53,747 nt of DNA, taken from Leptogorgia sarmentosa. Taxonomy: Eukaryota. Shown in pieces: positions 1 to 15,000 of the stretch; the stretch's first letter is position 1, and every line of letters starts with the position of its first letter. Both the position numbers and the translations under genes were made by a program. The notes beneath the pieces are model-generated. The model did not search any database, was not told the DNA's origin, and saw only the letters and a list, made by a program, of their open reading frames with translations. The stretch is taken from contig OZ210885.1 of the NCBI GenBank assembly GCA_964658305.1, positions 26,474,001 through 26,527,747 on the forward strand, in the 5' to 3' direction.

Positions 1-3000
1 AATAATGATTTTGATTTGTTCATACCAAGTTGGAAAATGTGTCAAAAATGATCATGAATTTGACTAAAGTTTGAAATTTTAAAACTCTTCAAATGCCAAA
101 AATCACACTCTAGCGATGTTGCAGAGCGTGTTTACATTGATAACAATGATTTTGATTTGTTCATACCAAGTTGGAAAATGTGTCAAAAATGATCATGATT
201 TTGACTAATGTTTGAAATTTTAAAACTCTTCAGATGCTAAAAATCTCCCTCCAGTGATGCTGCAGAGTGTGTTTACATTGATAATAATGATTTTGATTTG
301 TTCATACCAAGTTGGAAAATGTGTCAAAAATGATCATGAATTTGACTAAAGTTTGAAATTTTAAAACTCTTCAAATGCCAAAAATCACACTCTAGCGATG
401 TTGCAGAGCGTGTTTACATTGATAACAATGATTTTGATTTGTTCGTACGAAGTTGGAAAATGTGTCGAAAATGATCATGATTTTGACTAAAGTTTGAAAT
501 TTTAAAACTCTTCAAATGCAAAAAATCACACTCAAGCGATGTTGCAGAGTGTGTTTACATTGATAATAATGATTTTGATTTGTTCATACCAAGTTGGAAA
601 ATGTGTCGAAAATGATCATGATTTTGACTAAAGTTTGAAATTTTAAAACTCTTCAAATGCAAAAAATCACACTCTAGCGATGTTGCAGAGCGTGTTTACA
701 TTGATAACAATGATTTTGATTTGTTCATACCAAGTTGGAAAATGTGTCAAAAATGATCATGAATTTGACTAAAGTTTGAAATTTTAAAACTCTTCAAATG
801 CAAAAAATCACACTCTAGCGATGTTGCAGAGCGTGTTTACATTGATAACAATGATTTTGATTTGTCGTACGAAGTTGGAAAATGTGTCGAAAATGATCAT
901 GATTTTGACTAATGTTTGAAATTTTAAAACTCTTCAGATGCTAAAAATCTCCCTCCAGTGATGCTGCAGAGTGTGTTTACATTGATAATAATGATTTTGA
1001 TTTGTTCATACCAAGTTGGAAAATGTGTCAAAAATGATCATGAATTTGACTAAAGTTTGAAATTTTAAAACTCTTCAAATGCCAAAAATCACACTCTAGC
1101 GATGTTGCAGAGCGTGTTTACATTGATAACAATGATTTTGATTTGTTCATACCAACTTGGAAAATGTGTCGAAAATGATCATGATTTTGACTAATGTTTG
1201 AAATTTTAAAACTCTTCAGATGCTAAAAATCTCCCTCCAGTGATGCTGCAGAGTGTGTTTACATTGATAATAATGATTTTGATTTGTTCATACCAAGTTG
1301 GAAAATGTGTCAAAAATGATCATGAATTTGACTAAAGTTTGAAATTTTAAAACTCTTCAAATGCCAAAAATCACACTCTAGCGATGTTGCAGAGCGTGTT
1401 TACATTGATAACAATGATTTTGATTTGTTCATACCAAGTTGGAAAATGTGTCAAAAATGATCATGATTTTGACTAATGTTTGAAATTTTAAAACTCTTCA
1501 GATGCTAAAAATCTCCCTCCAGTGATGCTGCAGAGTGTGTTTACATTGATAATAATGATTTTGATTTGTTCATACCAAGTTGGAAAATGTGTCAAAAATG
1601 ATCATGAATTTGACTAAAGTTTGAAATTTTAAAACTCTTCAAATGCCAAAAATCACACTCTAGCGGTGTTGCAGAGCGTGTTTACATTGATAACAATGAT
1701 TTTGATTTGTTCGTACGAAGTTGGAAAATGTGTCAAAAATGATCATGAATTTGACTAAAGTTTGAAATTTTAAAATTCTTCAAATGCAAAAAATCACACT
1801 CTAGCGATGTTGCAGAATGTGTTTACATTGATAATAATGATTTTGATTTGTTCATACCAAGTTGGAAAATGTGTCGAAAATGATCATGATTTTGACTAAA
1901 GTTTGAAATTTTAAAACTCTTCAAATGCCAAAAATCACACTCTAGCGATGTTGCAGAGCGTGTTTACATTGATAACAATGATTTTGATTTGTTCGTACGA
2001 AGTTGGAAAATGTGTCGAAAATGATCATGATTTTGACTAATGTTTGAAATTTTAAAACTCTTCAGATGCTAAAAATCTCCCTCCAGTGATGCTGCAGAGT
2101 GTGTTTACATTGATAATAATGATTTTGATTTGTTCATACCAAGTTGGAAAATGTGTCAAAAATGATCATGAATTTGACTAAAGTTTGAAATTTTAAAACT
2201 CTTCAAATGCCAAAAATCACACTCTAGCGATGTTGCAGAGCGTGTTTACATTGATAACAATGATTTTGATTTGTTCATACCAAGTTGGAAAATGTGTCAA
2301 AAATGATCATGATTTTGACTAATGTTTGAAATTTTAAAACTCTTCAGATGCTAAAAATCTCCCTCCAGTGATGCTGCAGAGTGTGTTTACATTGATAATA
2401 ATGATTTTGATTTGTTCATACCAAGTTGGAAAATGTGTCAAAAATGATCATGAATTTGACTAAAGTTTGAAATTTTAAAACTCTTCAAATGCCAAAAATC
2501 ACACTCTAGCGATGTTGCAGAGCGTGTTTACATTGATAACAATGATTTTGATTTGTTCCTACGAAGTTGGAAAATGTGTCGAAAATGATCATGATTTTGA
2601 CTAAAGTTTGAAATTTTAAAACTCTTCAAATGCAAAAAATCACACTCTAGCGATGTTGCAGAGTGTGTTTACGTTGATAATAATGATTTTGATTTGTTCA
2701 TACCAAGTTGGAAAATGTGTCAAAAATGATCATGAATTTGATAAAAATTTGAAATTTTAAAACTCTTCAAATGCAAAAAATCACACTCTAGCGATGTTGC
2801 AGAGTGTGTTTACATTGATAATAATGATTTTGATTTGTTCATACCAAGTTGGAAAATGTGTCAAAAATGATCATGAATTTGACTAAAGTTTGAAATTTTA
2901 AAACTCTTAAAATGCCAAAAATCACACTCTGGCGATGTTGCAGAGCGTGTTTACATTGATAACAATGATTTTGATTTGTTCGTACGAAGTTGGAAAATGT

Positions 3001-6000
3001 GTCGAAAATGATCATGATTTTGACTAAAGTTTGAAATTTTAAAACTCTTCAAATGCAAAAAATCACACTCTAGCTATGTTGCAGAGTGTGTTTATATTGA
3101 TAATAATGATTTTGATTTGTTCATACCAAGTTGGAAAATGTGTCGAAAATGATCATGATTTTGACTAAAGTTTGAAATTTTAAAACTCTTCAAATGCAAA
3201 AAATCACACTCTAGCGATGTTGCAGAGTGTGTTTACATTGATAATAATGATTTTGATTTGTTCATACCAAGTAGGAAAATGTGTCAAAAATGATCATGAT
3301 TTTGACTAATGTTTGAAATTTTAAAACTCTTCAAATGCCAAAAATCACACTCTAGCGATGTTGAAGAGCGTGTTTACATTGATAACAATGATTTTGATTT
3401 GTTCGTACGAAGTTGGAAAATGTGTCGAAAATGATCATGATCTTGACTAATGTTTGAAATTTTAAAACTCTTCAGATGCTAAAAATCTCCCTCCAGTGAT
3501 GCTGCAGAGTGTGTTTACATTGATAATAATGATTTTGATTTGTTCATACCAAGTTGGAAAATGTGTCGAAAATGATCATGATTTTGACTAATGTTTGAAA
3601 TTTTAAAACTCTTCAGATGCTAAAAATCTCCCTCCAGTGATGCTGCAGAGTGTGTTTACATTGATAATAATGATTTTGATTTGTTCATACCAAGTTGGAA
3701 AATGTGTCAAAAATGATCATGAATTTGACTAAAGTTTGAAATTTTAAAACTCTTCAAATGCCAAAAATCACACTATAGCGATGTTGCAGGTTGTGTTTAC
3801 ATTGATAATAATGATTTTGATTTGTTCATACCAAGTTGGAAAATGTGTCAAAAATGATCATGAATTTGACTAAAGATTGAAATTTTAAAACTCTTCAAAT
3901 GCAAAAAATCACACTCTAGCGATGTTGCAGAGTGTGTTTACATTGATAATAATGATTTTGATTTGTTCATCCCAAGTTGGAAAATGTGTCGAAAATGATC
4001 ATGATTTTGACTATGTTTGAAATTTTAAAACTCTTCAAATGCAAAAAATCACACTCTAGCGATGTTGCAGAGTGTGTTTACATTGATAATAATGATTTTG
4101 ATTTGTTCATACCAAGTTGGAAAATGAGTCAAAAATGATCATGATTTTGACTAATGTTTGAAATTTTAAAACTCTTCAGATGCTAAAAATCTCCCTCCAG
4201 TGATGCTGCAGAGTGTGTTTACATTGATAATAATGATTTTGATTTGTTCATACCAAGTTGGAAAATGTGTCGAAAATGATCATGATTTTGACTAAAGTTT
4301 GAAATTGTAAAACTCTTCAAATGCAAAAAATCACACTCTAGCGATGTTGCAGAGCGTGTTTACATTGATAACAATGATTTTGATTTGTTCGTACGAAGTT
4401 GGAAAAATGTATCGAAAATGATCATGATTCTGACTAATGTTTGAAATTTTAAAACTCTTCAAATGCAAAAAATCACACTCTAGCGATGTTGCAGAGTGTG
4501 TTTACATTGATAATAATGATTTTGATTTGTTCATACCAAGTAGGCAAATGTGTCAAAAATGATCATGATATTGACTAATGTTTGAAATTTTAAAACTCTT
4601 CAAATGCCAAAAATCACACTCTAGCGGTGTTGCAGAGCGTGTTTACATTGATAACAATGATTTTGATTTGTTCGTACGAAGTTGGAAAATGTGTCAAAAA
4701 TGATCATGAATTTGACTAAAGTTTGAAATTTTAAAATTCTTCAAATGCAAAAAATCACACTCTAGCGATGTTGCAGAATGTGTTTACATTGATAATAATG
4801 ATTTTGATTTGTTCATACCAAGTTGGAAAATGTGTCGAAAATGATCATGATTTTGACTAAAGTTTGAAATTTTAAAACTCTTCAAATGCCAAAAATCACA
4901 CTCTAGCGATGTTGCAGAGCGTGTTTACATTGATAACAATGATTTTGATTTGTTCGTACGAAGTTGGAAAATGTGTCGAAAATGATCATGATTTTGACTA
5001 ATGTTTGAAATTTTAAAACTCTTCAGATGCTAAAAATCTCCCTCCAGTGATGCTGCAGAGTGTGTTTACATTGATAATAATGATTTTGATTTGTTCATAC
5101 CAAGTTGGAAAATGTGTCAAAAATGATCATGAATTTGACTAAAGTTTGAAATTTTAAAACTCTTCAAATGCCAAAAATCACACTCTAGCGATGTTGCAGA
5201 GCGTGTTTACATTGATAACAATGATTTTGATTTGTTCATACCAAGTTGGAAAATGTGTCAAAAATGATCATGATTTTGACTAATGTTTGAAATTTTAAAA
5301 CTCTTCAGATGCTAAAAATCTCCCTCCAGTGATGCTGCAGAGTGTGTTTACATTGATAATAATGATTTTGATTTGTTCATACCAAGTTGGAAAATGTGTC
5401 AAAAATGATCATGAATTTGACTAAAGTTTGAAATTTTAAAACTCTTCAAATGCCAAAAATCACACTCTAGCGATGTTGCAGAGCGTGTTTACATTGATAA
5501 CAATGATTTTGATTTGTTCCTACGAAGTTGGAAAATGTGTCGAAAATGATCATGATTTTGACTAAAGTTTGAAATTTTAAAACTCTTCAAATGCAAAAAA
5601 TCACACTCTAGCGATGTTGCAGAGTGTGTTTACGTTGATAATAATGATTTTGATTTGTTCATACCAAGTTGGAAAATGTGTCAAAAATGATCATGAATTT
5701 GATAAAAATTTGAAATTTTAAAACTCTTCAAATGCAAAAAATCACACTCTAGCGATGTTGCAGAGTGTGTTTACATTGATAATAATGATTTTGATTTGTT
5801 CATACCAAGTTGGAAAATGTGTCAAAAATGATCATGAATTTGACTAAAGTTTGAAATTTTAAAACTCTTAAAATGCCAAAAATCACACTCTGGCGATGTT
5901 GCAGAGCGTGTTTACATTGATAACAATGATTTTGATTTGTTCGTACGAAGTTGGAAAATGTGTCGAAAATGATCATGATTTTGACTAAAGTTTGAAATTT

Positions 6001-9000
6001 TAAAACTCTTCAAATGCAAAAAATCACACTCTAGCTATGTTGCAGAGTGTGTTTATATTGATAATAATGATTTTGATTTGTTCATACCAAGTTGGAAAAT
6101 GTGTCGAAAATGATCATGATTTTGACTAAAGTTTGAAATTTTAAAACTCTTCAAATGCAAAAAATCACACTCTAGCGATGTTGCAGAGTGTGTTTACATT
6201 GATAATAATGATTTTGATTTGTTCATACCAAGTAGGAAAATGTGTCAAAAATGATCATGATTTTGACTAATGTTTGAAATTTTAAAACTCTTCAAATGCC
6301 AAAAATCACACTCTAGCGATGTTGAAGAGCGTGTTTACATTGATAACAATGATTTTGATTTGTTCGTACGAAGTTGGAAAATGTGTCGAAAATGATCATG
6401 ATCTTGACTAATGTTTGAAATTTTAAAACTCTTCAGATGCTAAAAATCTCCCTCCAGTGATGCTGCAGAGTGTGTTTACATTGATAATAATGATTTTGAT
6501 TTGTTCATACCAAGTTGGAAAATGTGTCGAAAATGATCATGATTTTGACTAATGTTTGAAATTTTAAAACTCTTCAGATGCTAAAAATCTCCCTCCAGTG
6601 ATGCTGCAGAGTGTGTTTACATTGATAATAATGATTTTGATTTGTTCATACCAAGTTGGAAAATGTGTCAAAAATGATCATGAATTTGACTAAAGTTTGA
6701 AATTTTAAAACTCTTCAAATGCCAAAAATCACACTATAGCGATGTTGCAGGTTGTGTTTACATTGATAATAATGATTTTGATTTGTTCATACCAAGTTGG
6801 AAAATGTGTCAAAAATGATCATGAATTTGACTAAAGATTGAAATTTTAAAACTCTTCAAATGCAAAAAATCACACTCTAGCGATGTTGCAGAGTGTGTTT
6901 ACATTGATAATAATGATTTTGATTTGTTCATCCCAAGTTGGAAAATGTGTCGAAAATGATCATGATTTTGACTATGTTTGAAATTTTAAAACTCTTCAAA
7001 TGCAAAAAATCACACTCTAGCGATGTTGCAGAGTGTGTTTACATTGATAATAATGATTTTGATTTGTTCATACCAAGTTGGAAAATGAGTCAAAAATGAT
7101 CATGATTTTGACTAATGTTTGAAATTTTAAAACTCTTCAGATGCTAAAAATCTCCCTCCAGTGATGCTGCAGAGTGTGTTTACATTGATAATAATGATTT
7201 TGATTTGTTCATACCAAGTTGGAAAATGTGTCGAAAATGATCATGATTTTGACTAAAGTTTGAAATTGTAAAACTCTTCAAATGCAAAAAATCACACTCT
7301 AGCGATGTTGCAGAGCGTGTTTACATTGATAACAATGATTTTGATTTGTTCGTACGAAGTTGGAAAAATGTATCGAAAATGATCATGATTCTGACTAATG
7401 TTTGAAATTTTAAAACTCTTCAAATGCAAAAAATCACACTCTAGCGATGTTGCAGAGTGTGTTTACATTGATAATAATGATTTTGATTTGTTCATACCAA
7501 GTAGGCAAATGTGTCAAAAATGATCATGATATTGACTAATGTTTGAAATTTTAAAACTCTTCAAATGCCAAAAATCACACTCTAGCGATGTTGCAGAGCG
7601 TGTTTACATTGATAACAATGATTTTGATTTGTTCATACCAAGTTGGAAAATGTGTCAAAAATGATCATGAATTTGACTAAAGTTTGAAATTTTAAAACTC
7701 TTCAAATGCAAAAAATCACACTCTAGCGATGTTGCAGAGCGTGTTTACATTGATAACAATGATTTTGATTTGTAGTACGAAGTTGGAAAATGTGTCAAAA
7801 ATGATCATGAATTTGACTAAAGTTTGAAATTTTAAAACTCTTCAAATGCCAAAAATCACACTCTAGCGATGTTGCAGAGCGTGTTTACATTGATAACAAT
7901 GATTTTGATTTGTTCGTACGAAGTTGGAAAATGTGTCAAAAATGATCATGAATTTGACTAAAGTTTGAAATTTTAAAATTCTTCAAATGCAAAAAATCAC
8001 ACTCTAGCGATGTTGCAGAATGTGTTTACATTGATAATAATGATTTTGATTTGTTCATACCAAGTTGGAAAATGTGTCGAAAATGATCATGATTTTGACT
8101 AAAGTTTGAAATTTTAAAACTCTTCAAATGCCAAAAATCACACTCTAGCGATGTTGCAGAGCGTGTTTACATTGATAACAATGATTTTGATTTGTTCGTA
8201 CGAAGTTGGAAAATGTGTCGAAAATGATCATGATTTTGACTAATGTTTGAAATTTTAAAACTCTTCAGATGCTAAAAATCTCCCTCCAGTGATGCTGCAG
8301 AGTGTGTTTACATTGATAATAATGATTTTGATTTGTTCATACCTAGTTGGAAAATGTGTCAAAAATGATCATGAATTTGACTAAAGTTTGAAATTTTAAA
8401 ACTCTTCAAATGCCAAAAATCACACTCTAGCGATGTTGCAGAGCGTGTTTACATTGATAACAATGATTTTGATTTGTTCATACCAAGTTGGAAAATGTGT
8501 CAAAAATGATCATGATTTTGACTAATGTTTGAAATTTTAAAACTCTTCAGATGCTAAAAATCTCCCTCCAGTGATGCTGCAGAGTGTGTTTACATTGATA
8601 ATAATGATTTTGATTTGTTCATACCAAGTTGGAAAATGTGTCAAAAATGATCATGAATTTGACTAAAGTTTGAAATTTTAAAACTCTTCAAATGCCAAAA
8701 ATCACACTCTAGCGATGTTGCAGAGCGTGTTTACATTGATAACAATGATTTTGATTTGTTCGTACGAAGTTGGAAAATGTGTCGAAAATGATCATGATTT
8801 TGACTAAAGTTTGAAATTTTAAAACTCTTCAAATGCAAAAAATCACACTCTAGCGATGTTGCAGAGTGTGTTTACGTTGATAATAATGATTTTGATTTGT
8901 TCATACCAAGTTGGAAAATGTGTCAAAAATGATCATGAATTTGACTAAAGTTTGAAATTTTAAAACTCTTCAAATGCCAAAAATCACACTCTAGCGATGC

Positions 9001-12000
9001 TGCAGAGTGTGTTTACATTGATAATAATGATTTTGATTTGTTCGTACGAAGTTGGAAAATGTGTCGAAAATGATCATGATTTTGACTAATGTTTGAAATT
9101 TTAAAACTCTTCAGATGCTAAAAATCTCCCTCCAGTGATGCTGCAGAGTGTGTTTACATTGATAATAATGATTTTGATTTGTTCATACCAAGTTGCAAAA
9201 TGTGTCAAAAATGATCATGAATTTGACTAAAGTTTGAAATTTTAAAACTCTTCAAATGCCAAAAATCACACTCTAGCGATGTTGCAGAGCGTGTTTACAT
9301 TGATAACAATGATTTTCATTTGTTCGTACGAAGTTGGAAAATGTGTCAAAAATGATCATGATTTTGACTAATGTTTGAAATTTTAAAACTCTTCAGATGC
9401 TAAAAATGTCCCTCCAGTGATGCTGCAGAGTGTGTTTACATTGATAATAATGATTTTGATTTGTTCGTACCAAGTTGCAAAATGTGTCAAAAATGATCAT
9501 GAATTTGACTAAAGTTTGAAATTTTAAAACTCTTCAAATGCCAAAAATCACACTCTAGCGATGTTGCAGAGCGTGTTTACATTGATAACAATGATTTTGA
9601 TTTGTTCGTACGAAGTTGGAAAATGTGTCGAAAATGATCATGATTTTGACTAATGTTTGAAATTTTAAAACTCTTCAGATGCTAAAAATCTCCCTCCAGT
9701 GATGCTGCAGAGTGTGTTTACATTGATAATAATGATTTTGATTTGTTCATACCAAGTTGGAAAATGTGTCAAAAATGATCATGAATTTGACTAAAGTTTG
9801 AAATTTTAAAACTCTTCAAATGCCAAAAATCACACTCTAGCGATGTTGCAGAGCGTGTTTACATTGATAACAATGATTTTGATTTGTTCGTACGAAGTTG
9901 GAAAATGTGTCGAAAATGATCATGATTTTGACTAAAGTTTGAAATTTTAAAACTCTTCAAATGCAAAAAATCACACTCTAGCGATGCTGCAGAGTGTGTT
10001 TACATTGATAATAATGATTTTGATTTGTTCATACCAAGTTGGAAAATGTGTCGAAAATGATCATGATTTTGACTAATGTTTGAAATTTTAAAACTCTTCA
10101 AATGCAAAAAATCACACTCTAGCGATGTTGCAGAGTGTGTTTACATTGATAATAATGATTTTGATTTGTTCATACCAAGTTGGAAAATGTGTCAAAAATG
10201 ATCATGATTTTGACTAAAGTTTGAAATTTTAAAACTCTTCAAATGCAAAAAATCACACTCTAGCGATGTTGCAGAGTGTGTTTACATTGATAATAATGAT
10301 TTTGATTTGTTCATACCAAGTTGGAAAATGTGTCGAAAATGATCATGATTTTGACTAAAGTTTGAAATTTTAAAACTCTTCAAATGCAAAAAATCACACT
10401 CTAGCGATGTTGCAGAGCGTGTTTACATTGATAACAATGATTTTGATTTGTTCATACCAAGTTGGAAAATGTGTCAAAAATGATCATGAATTTGACTAAA
10501 GTTTGAAATTTTAAAACTCTTCAAATGCAAAAAATCACACTCTAGCGATGTTGCAGAGTGTGTTTACATTGATAATAATGATTTTGATTTGTTCATACCA
10601 AGTTGGAAAATGTGTCAAAAATGATCATGAATTTGACTAAAGTTTGAAATTTTAAAACTCTTCAAATGCCAAAAATCACACTCTAGCGATGTTGCAGAGC
10701 GTGTTTACATTGATAGCAATGATTTTGATTTGTTCGTACGAAGTTGGAAAATGTGTCGAAAATGATCATGATTTTGACTAATGTTTGAAATTTTAAAACT
10801 CTTCAGATGCTAAAAATCTCCCTCCAGTGATGCTGCGGAGTGTGTTTACATTGATAATAATGATTTTGATTTGTTCATACCAAGTTGGAAAATGTGTCAA
10901 AAATGATCATGAATTTGACTAAAGTTTGAAATTTTAAAACTCTTCAAATGCCAAAAATCACACTCTAGCGATGCTGCAGAGTGTGTTTACATTGATAATA
11001 ATGATTTTGATTTGTTCATACCAAGTTGGAAAATGTGTCGAAAATGATCATGATTTTGACTAATGTTTGAAATTTTAAAACTCTTCAAATGCAAAAAATC
11101 ACACTCTAGCGATGTTGCAGAGTGTGTTTACATTGATAATAATGATTTTGATTTTTCATACCAAGTTGGAAAATGTGTCAAAAATGATCATGATTTTGAC
11201 TAAAGTTTGAAATTTTAAAACTCTTCAAATGCAAAAAATCACACTCTAGCGATGTTGCAGAGTGTGTTTACATTGATAATAATGATTTTGATTTGTTCAT
11301 ACCAAGTTGGAAAATGTGTCGAAAATGATCATGATTTTGACTAAAGTTTGAAATTTTAAAACTCTTCAAATGCAAAAAATCACACTCTAGCGATGTTGCA
11401 GAGCGTGTTTACATTGATAACAATGATTTTGATTTGTTCATACCAAGTTGGAAAATGTGTCAAAAATGATCATGAATTTGACTAAAGTTTGAAATTTTAA
11501 AACTCTTCAAATGCAAAAAATCACACTCTAGCGATGTTGCAGAGTGTGTTTACATTGATAATAATGATTTTGATTTGTTCATACCAAGTTGGAAAATGTG
11601 TCAAAAATGATCATGAATTTGACTAAAGTTTGAAATTTTAAAACTCTTCAAATGCCAAAAATCACACTCTAGCGATGTTGCAGAGCGTGTTTACATTGAT
11701 AGCAATGATTTTGATTTGTTCGTACGAAGTTGGAAAATGTGTCGAAAATGATCATGATTTTGACTAATGTTTGAAATTTTAAAACTCTTCAGATGCTAAA
11801 AATCTCCCTCCAGTGATGCTGCAGAGTGTGTTTACATTGATAATAATGATTTTGATTTGTTCATACCAAGTTGGAAAATGTGTCAAAAATGATCATGAAT
11901 TTGACTAAAGTTTGAAATTTTAAAACTCTTCAAATGCCAAAAATCACACTCTAGCGATGCTGCAGAGTGTGTTTACATTGATAATAATGATTTTGATTTG

Positions 12001-15000
12001 TTCATACCAAGTTGGAAAATGTGTCGAAAATGATCATGATTTTGACTAATGTTTGAAATTTTAAAACTCTTCAAATGCAAAAAATCACACTCTAGCGATG
12101 TTGCAGAGTGTGTTTACATTGATAATAATGATTTTGATTTGTTCATACCAAGTTGGAAAATGTGTCAAAAATGATCATGATTTTGACTAATGTTTGAAAT
12201 TTTAAAACTCTTCAGATGCTAAAAATCTCCCTCCAGTGATGCTGCAGAGTGTGTTTACATTGATAATAATGATTTTGATTTGTTCATACCAAGTTGGAAA
12301 ATGTGTCAAAAATGATCATGAATTTGACTAAAGTTTGAAATTTTAAAACTCTTCAAATGCCAAAAATCACACTCTAGCGATGTTGCAGAGCGTGTTTACA
12401 TTGATAACAATGATTTTGATTTGTTCGTACGAAGTTGGAAAATGTGTCGAAAATGATCATGATTTTGACTAAAGTTTGAAATTTTAAAACTCTTCAAATG
12501 CCAAAAATCACACTCTAGCGATGTTGCAGAGCGTGTTTACATTGATAGCAATGATTTTGATTTGTTCGTACGAAGTTGGAAAATGTGTCGAAAATGATCA
12601 TGATTTTGACTAATGTTTGAAATTTTAAAACTCTTCAGATGCTAAAAATCTCCCTCCAGTGATGCTGCAGAGTGTGTTTACATTGATAATAATGATTTTG
12701 ATTTGTTCATACCAAGTTGCAAAATGTGTCAAAAATGATCATGAATTTGACTAAAGTTTGAAATTTTAAAACTCTTCAAATGCCAAAAATCACACTCTAG
12801 CGATGTTGCAGAGCGTGTTTACATTGATAACAATGATTTTGATTTGTTCGTACGAAGTTGGAAAATGTGTCGAAAATGATCATGATTTTGACTAATGTTT
12901 GAAATTTTAAAACTCTTCAGATGCTAAAAATCTCCCTCCAGTGATGCTGCAGAGTGTGTTTACATTGATAATAATGATTTTGATTTGTTCATACCAAGTT
13001 GGAAAATGTGTCAAAAATGATCATGAATTTGACTAAAGTTTGAAATTTTAAAACTCTTCAAATGCCAAAAATCACACTCTAGCGATGCTGCAGAGTGTGT
13101 TTACATTGATAATAATGATTTTGATTTGTTCGTACGAAGTTGGAAAATGTGTCGAAAATGATCATGATTTTGACTAATGTTTGAAATTTTAAAACTCTTC
13201 AGATGCTAAAAATCTCCCTCCAGTGATGCTGCAGTGTGTGTTTACATTGATAATAATGATTTTGATTTGTTCATACCAAGTTGGAAAATGTGTCAAAAAT
13301 GATCATGAATTTGACTAAAGTTTGAAATTTTAAAACTCTTCAAATGCCAAAAATCACACTCTAGCGATGCTGCAGAGTGTGTTTACATTGATAATAATGA
13401 TTTTGATTTGTTCATACCAAGTTGGAAAATGTGTCGAAAATGATCATGATTTTGACTAATGTTTGAAATTTTAAAACTCTTCAAATGCAAAAAATCACAC
13501 TCTAGCGATGTTGTAGAGTGTGTTTACATTGATAATAATGATTTTGATTTGTTCATACCAAGTTGGAAAATGTGTCAAAAATGATCATGATTTTGAGTAA
13601 TGTTTGAAATTTTAAAACTCTTCAGATGCTAAAAATCTCCCTCCAGTGATGCTGCATAGTGTGTTTACATTGATAATAATGATTTTGATTTGTTCATACC
13701 AAGTTGGAAAATGTGTCAAAAATGATCATGAATTTGACTAAAGTTTGAAATTTTAAAACTCTTCAAATGCCAAAAATCACACTCTAGCGATGTTGCAGAG
13801 CGTGTTTACATTGATAACAATGATTTTGATTTGTTCGTACGAAGTTGGAAAATGTGTCGAAAATGATCATGATTTTGACTAAAGTTTGAAATTTTAAAAC
13901 TCTTCAAATGCAAAAAATCACACTCTAGCGATGTTGCAGAGTGTGTTTACATTGATAATAATGATTTTGATTTGTTCATACCAAGTTGGAAAATGTGTCG
14001 AAAATGATCATGATTTTGACTAAAGTTTGAAATTTTAAAACTCTTCAAATGCCAAAAATCACACTCTAGCGATGTTGCAGAGCGTGTTTACATTGATAGC
14101 AATGATTTTGATTTGTTCGTACGAAGTTGGAAAATGTGTCGAAAATGATCATGATTTTGACTAATGTTTGAAATTTTAAAACTCTTCAGATGCTAAAAAT
14201 CTCCCTCCAGTGATGCTGCAGAGTGTGTTTACATTGATAATAATGATTTTGATTTGTTCATACCAAGTTGCAAAATGTGTCAAAAATGATCATGAATTTG
14301 ACTAAAGTTTGAAATTTTAAAACTCTTCAAATGCCAAAAATCACACTCTAGCGATGTTGCAGAGCGTGTTTACATTGATAACAATGATTTTGATTTGTTC
14401 GTACGAAGTTGGAAAATGTGTCGAAAATGATCATGATTTTGTCTAATGTTTGAAATTTTAAAACTCTTCAGATGCTAAAAATCTCCCTCCAGTGATGCTG
14501 CAGAGTGTGTTTACATTGATAATAATGATTTTGATTTGTTCATACCAAGTTGGAAAATGTGTCAAAAATGATCATGAATTTGACTAAAGTTTGAAATTTT
14601 AAAACTCTTCAAATGCCAAAAATCACACTCTAGCGATGCTGCAGAGTGTGTTTACATTGATAATAATGATTTTGATTTGTTCGTACGAAGTTGGAAAATG
14701 TGTCGAAAATGATCATGATTTTGACTAATGTTTGAAATTTTAAAACTCTTCAGATGCTAAAAATCTCTCTCCAGTGATGCTGCAGAGTGTGTTTACATTG
14801 ATAATAATGATTTTGATTTGTTCATACCAAGTTGGAAAATGTGTCAAAAATGATCATGAATTTGACTAAAGTTTGAAATTTTAAAACTCTTCAAATGCCA
14901 AAAATCACACTCTAGCGATGCTGCAGAGTGTGTTTACATTGATAATAATGATTTTGATTTGTTCATACCAAGTTGGAAAATGTGTCAAAAATGATCATGA

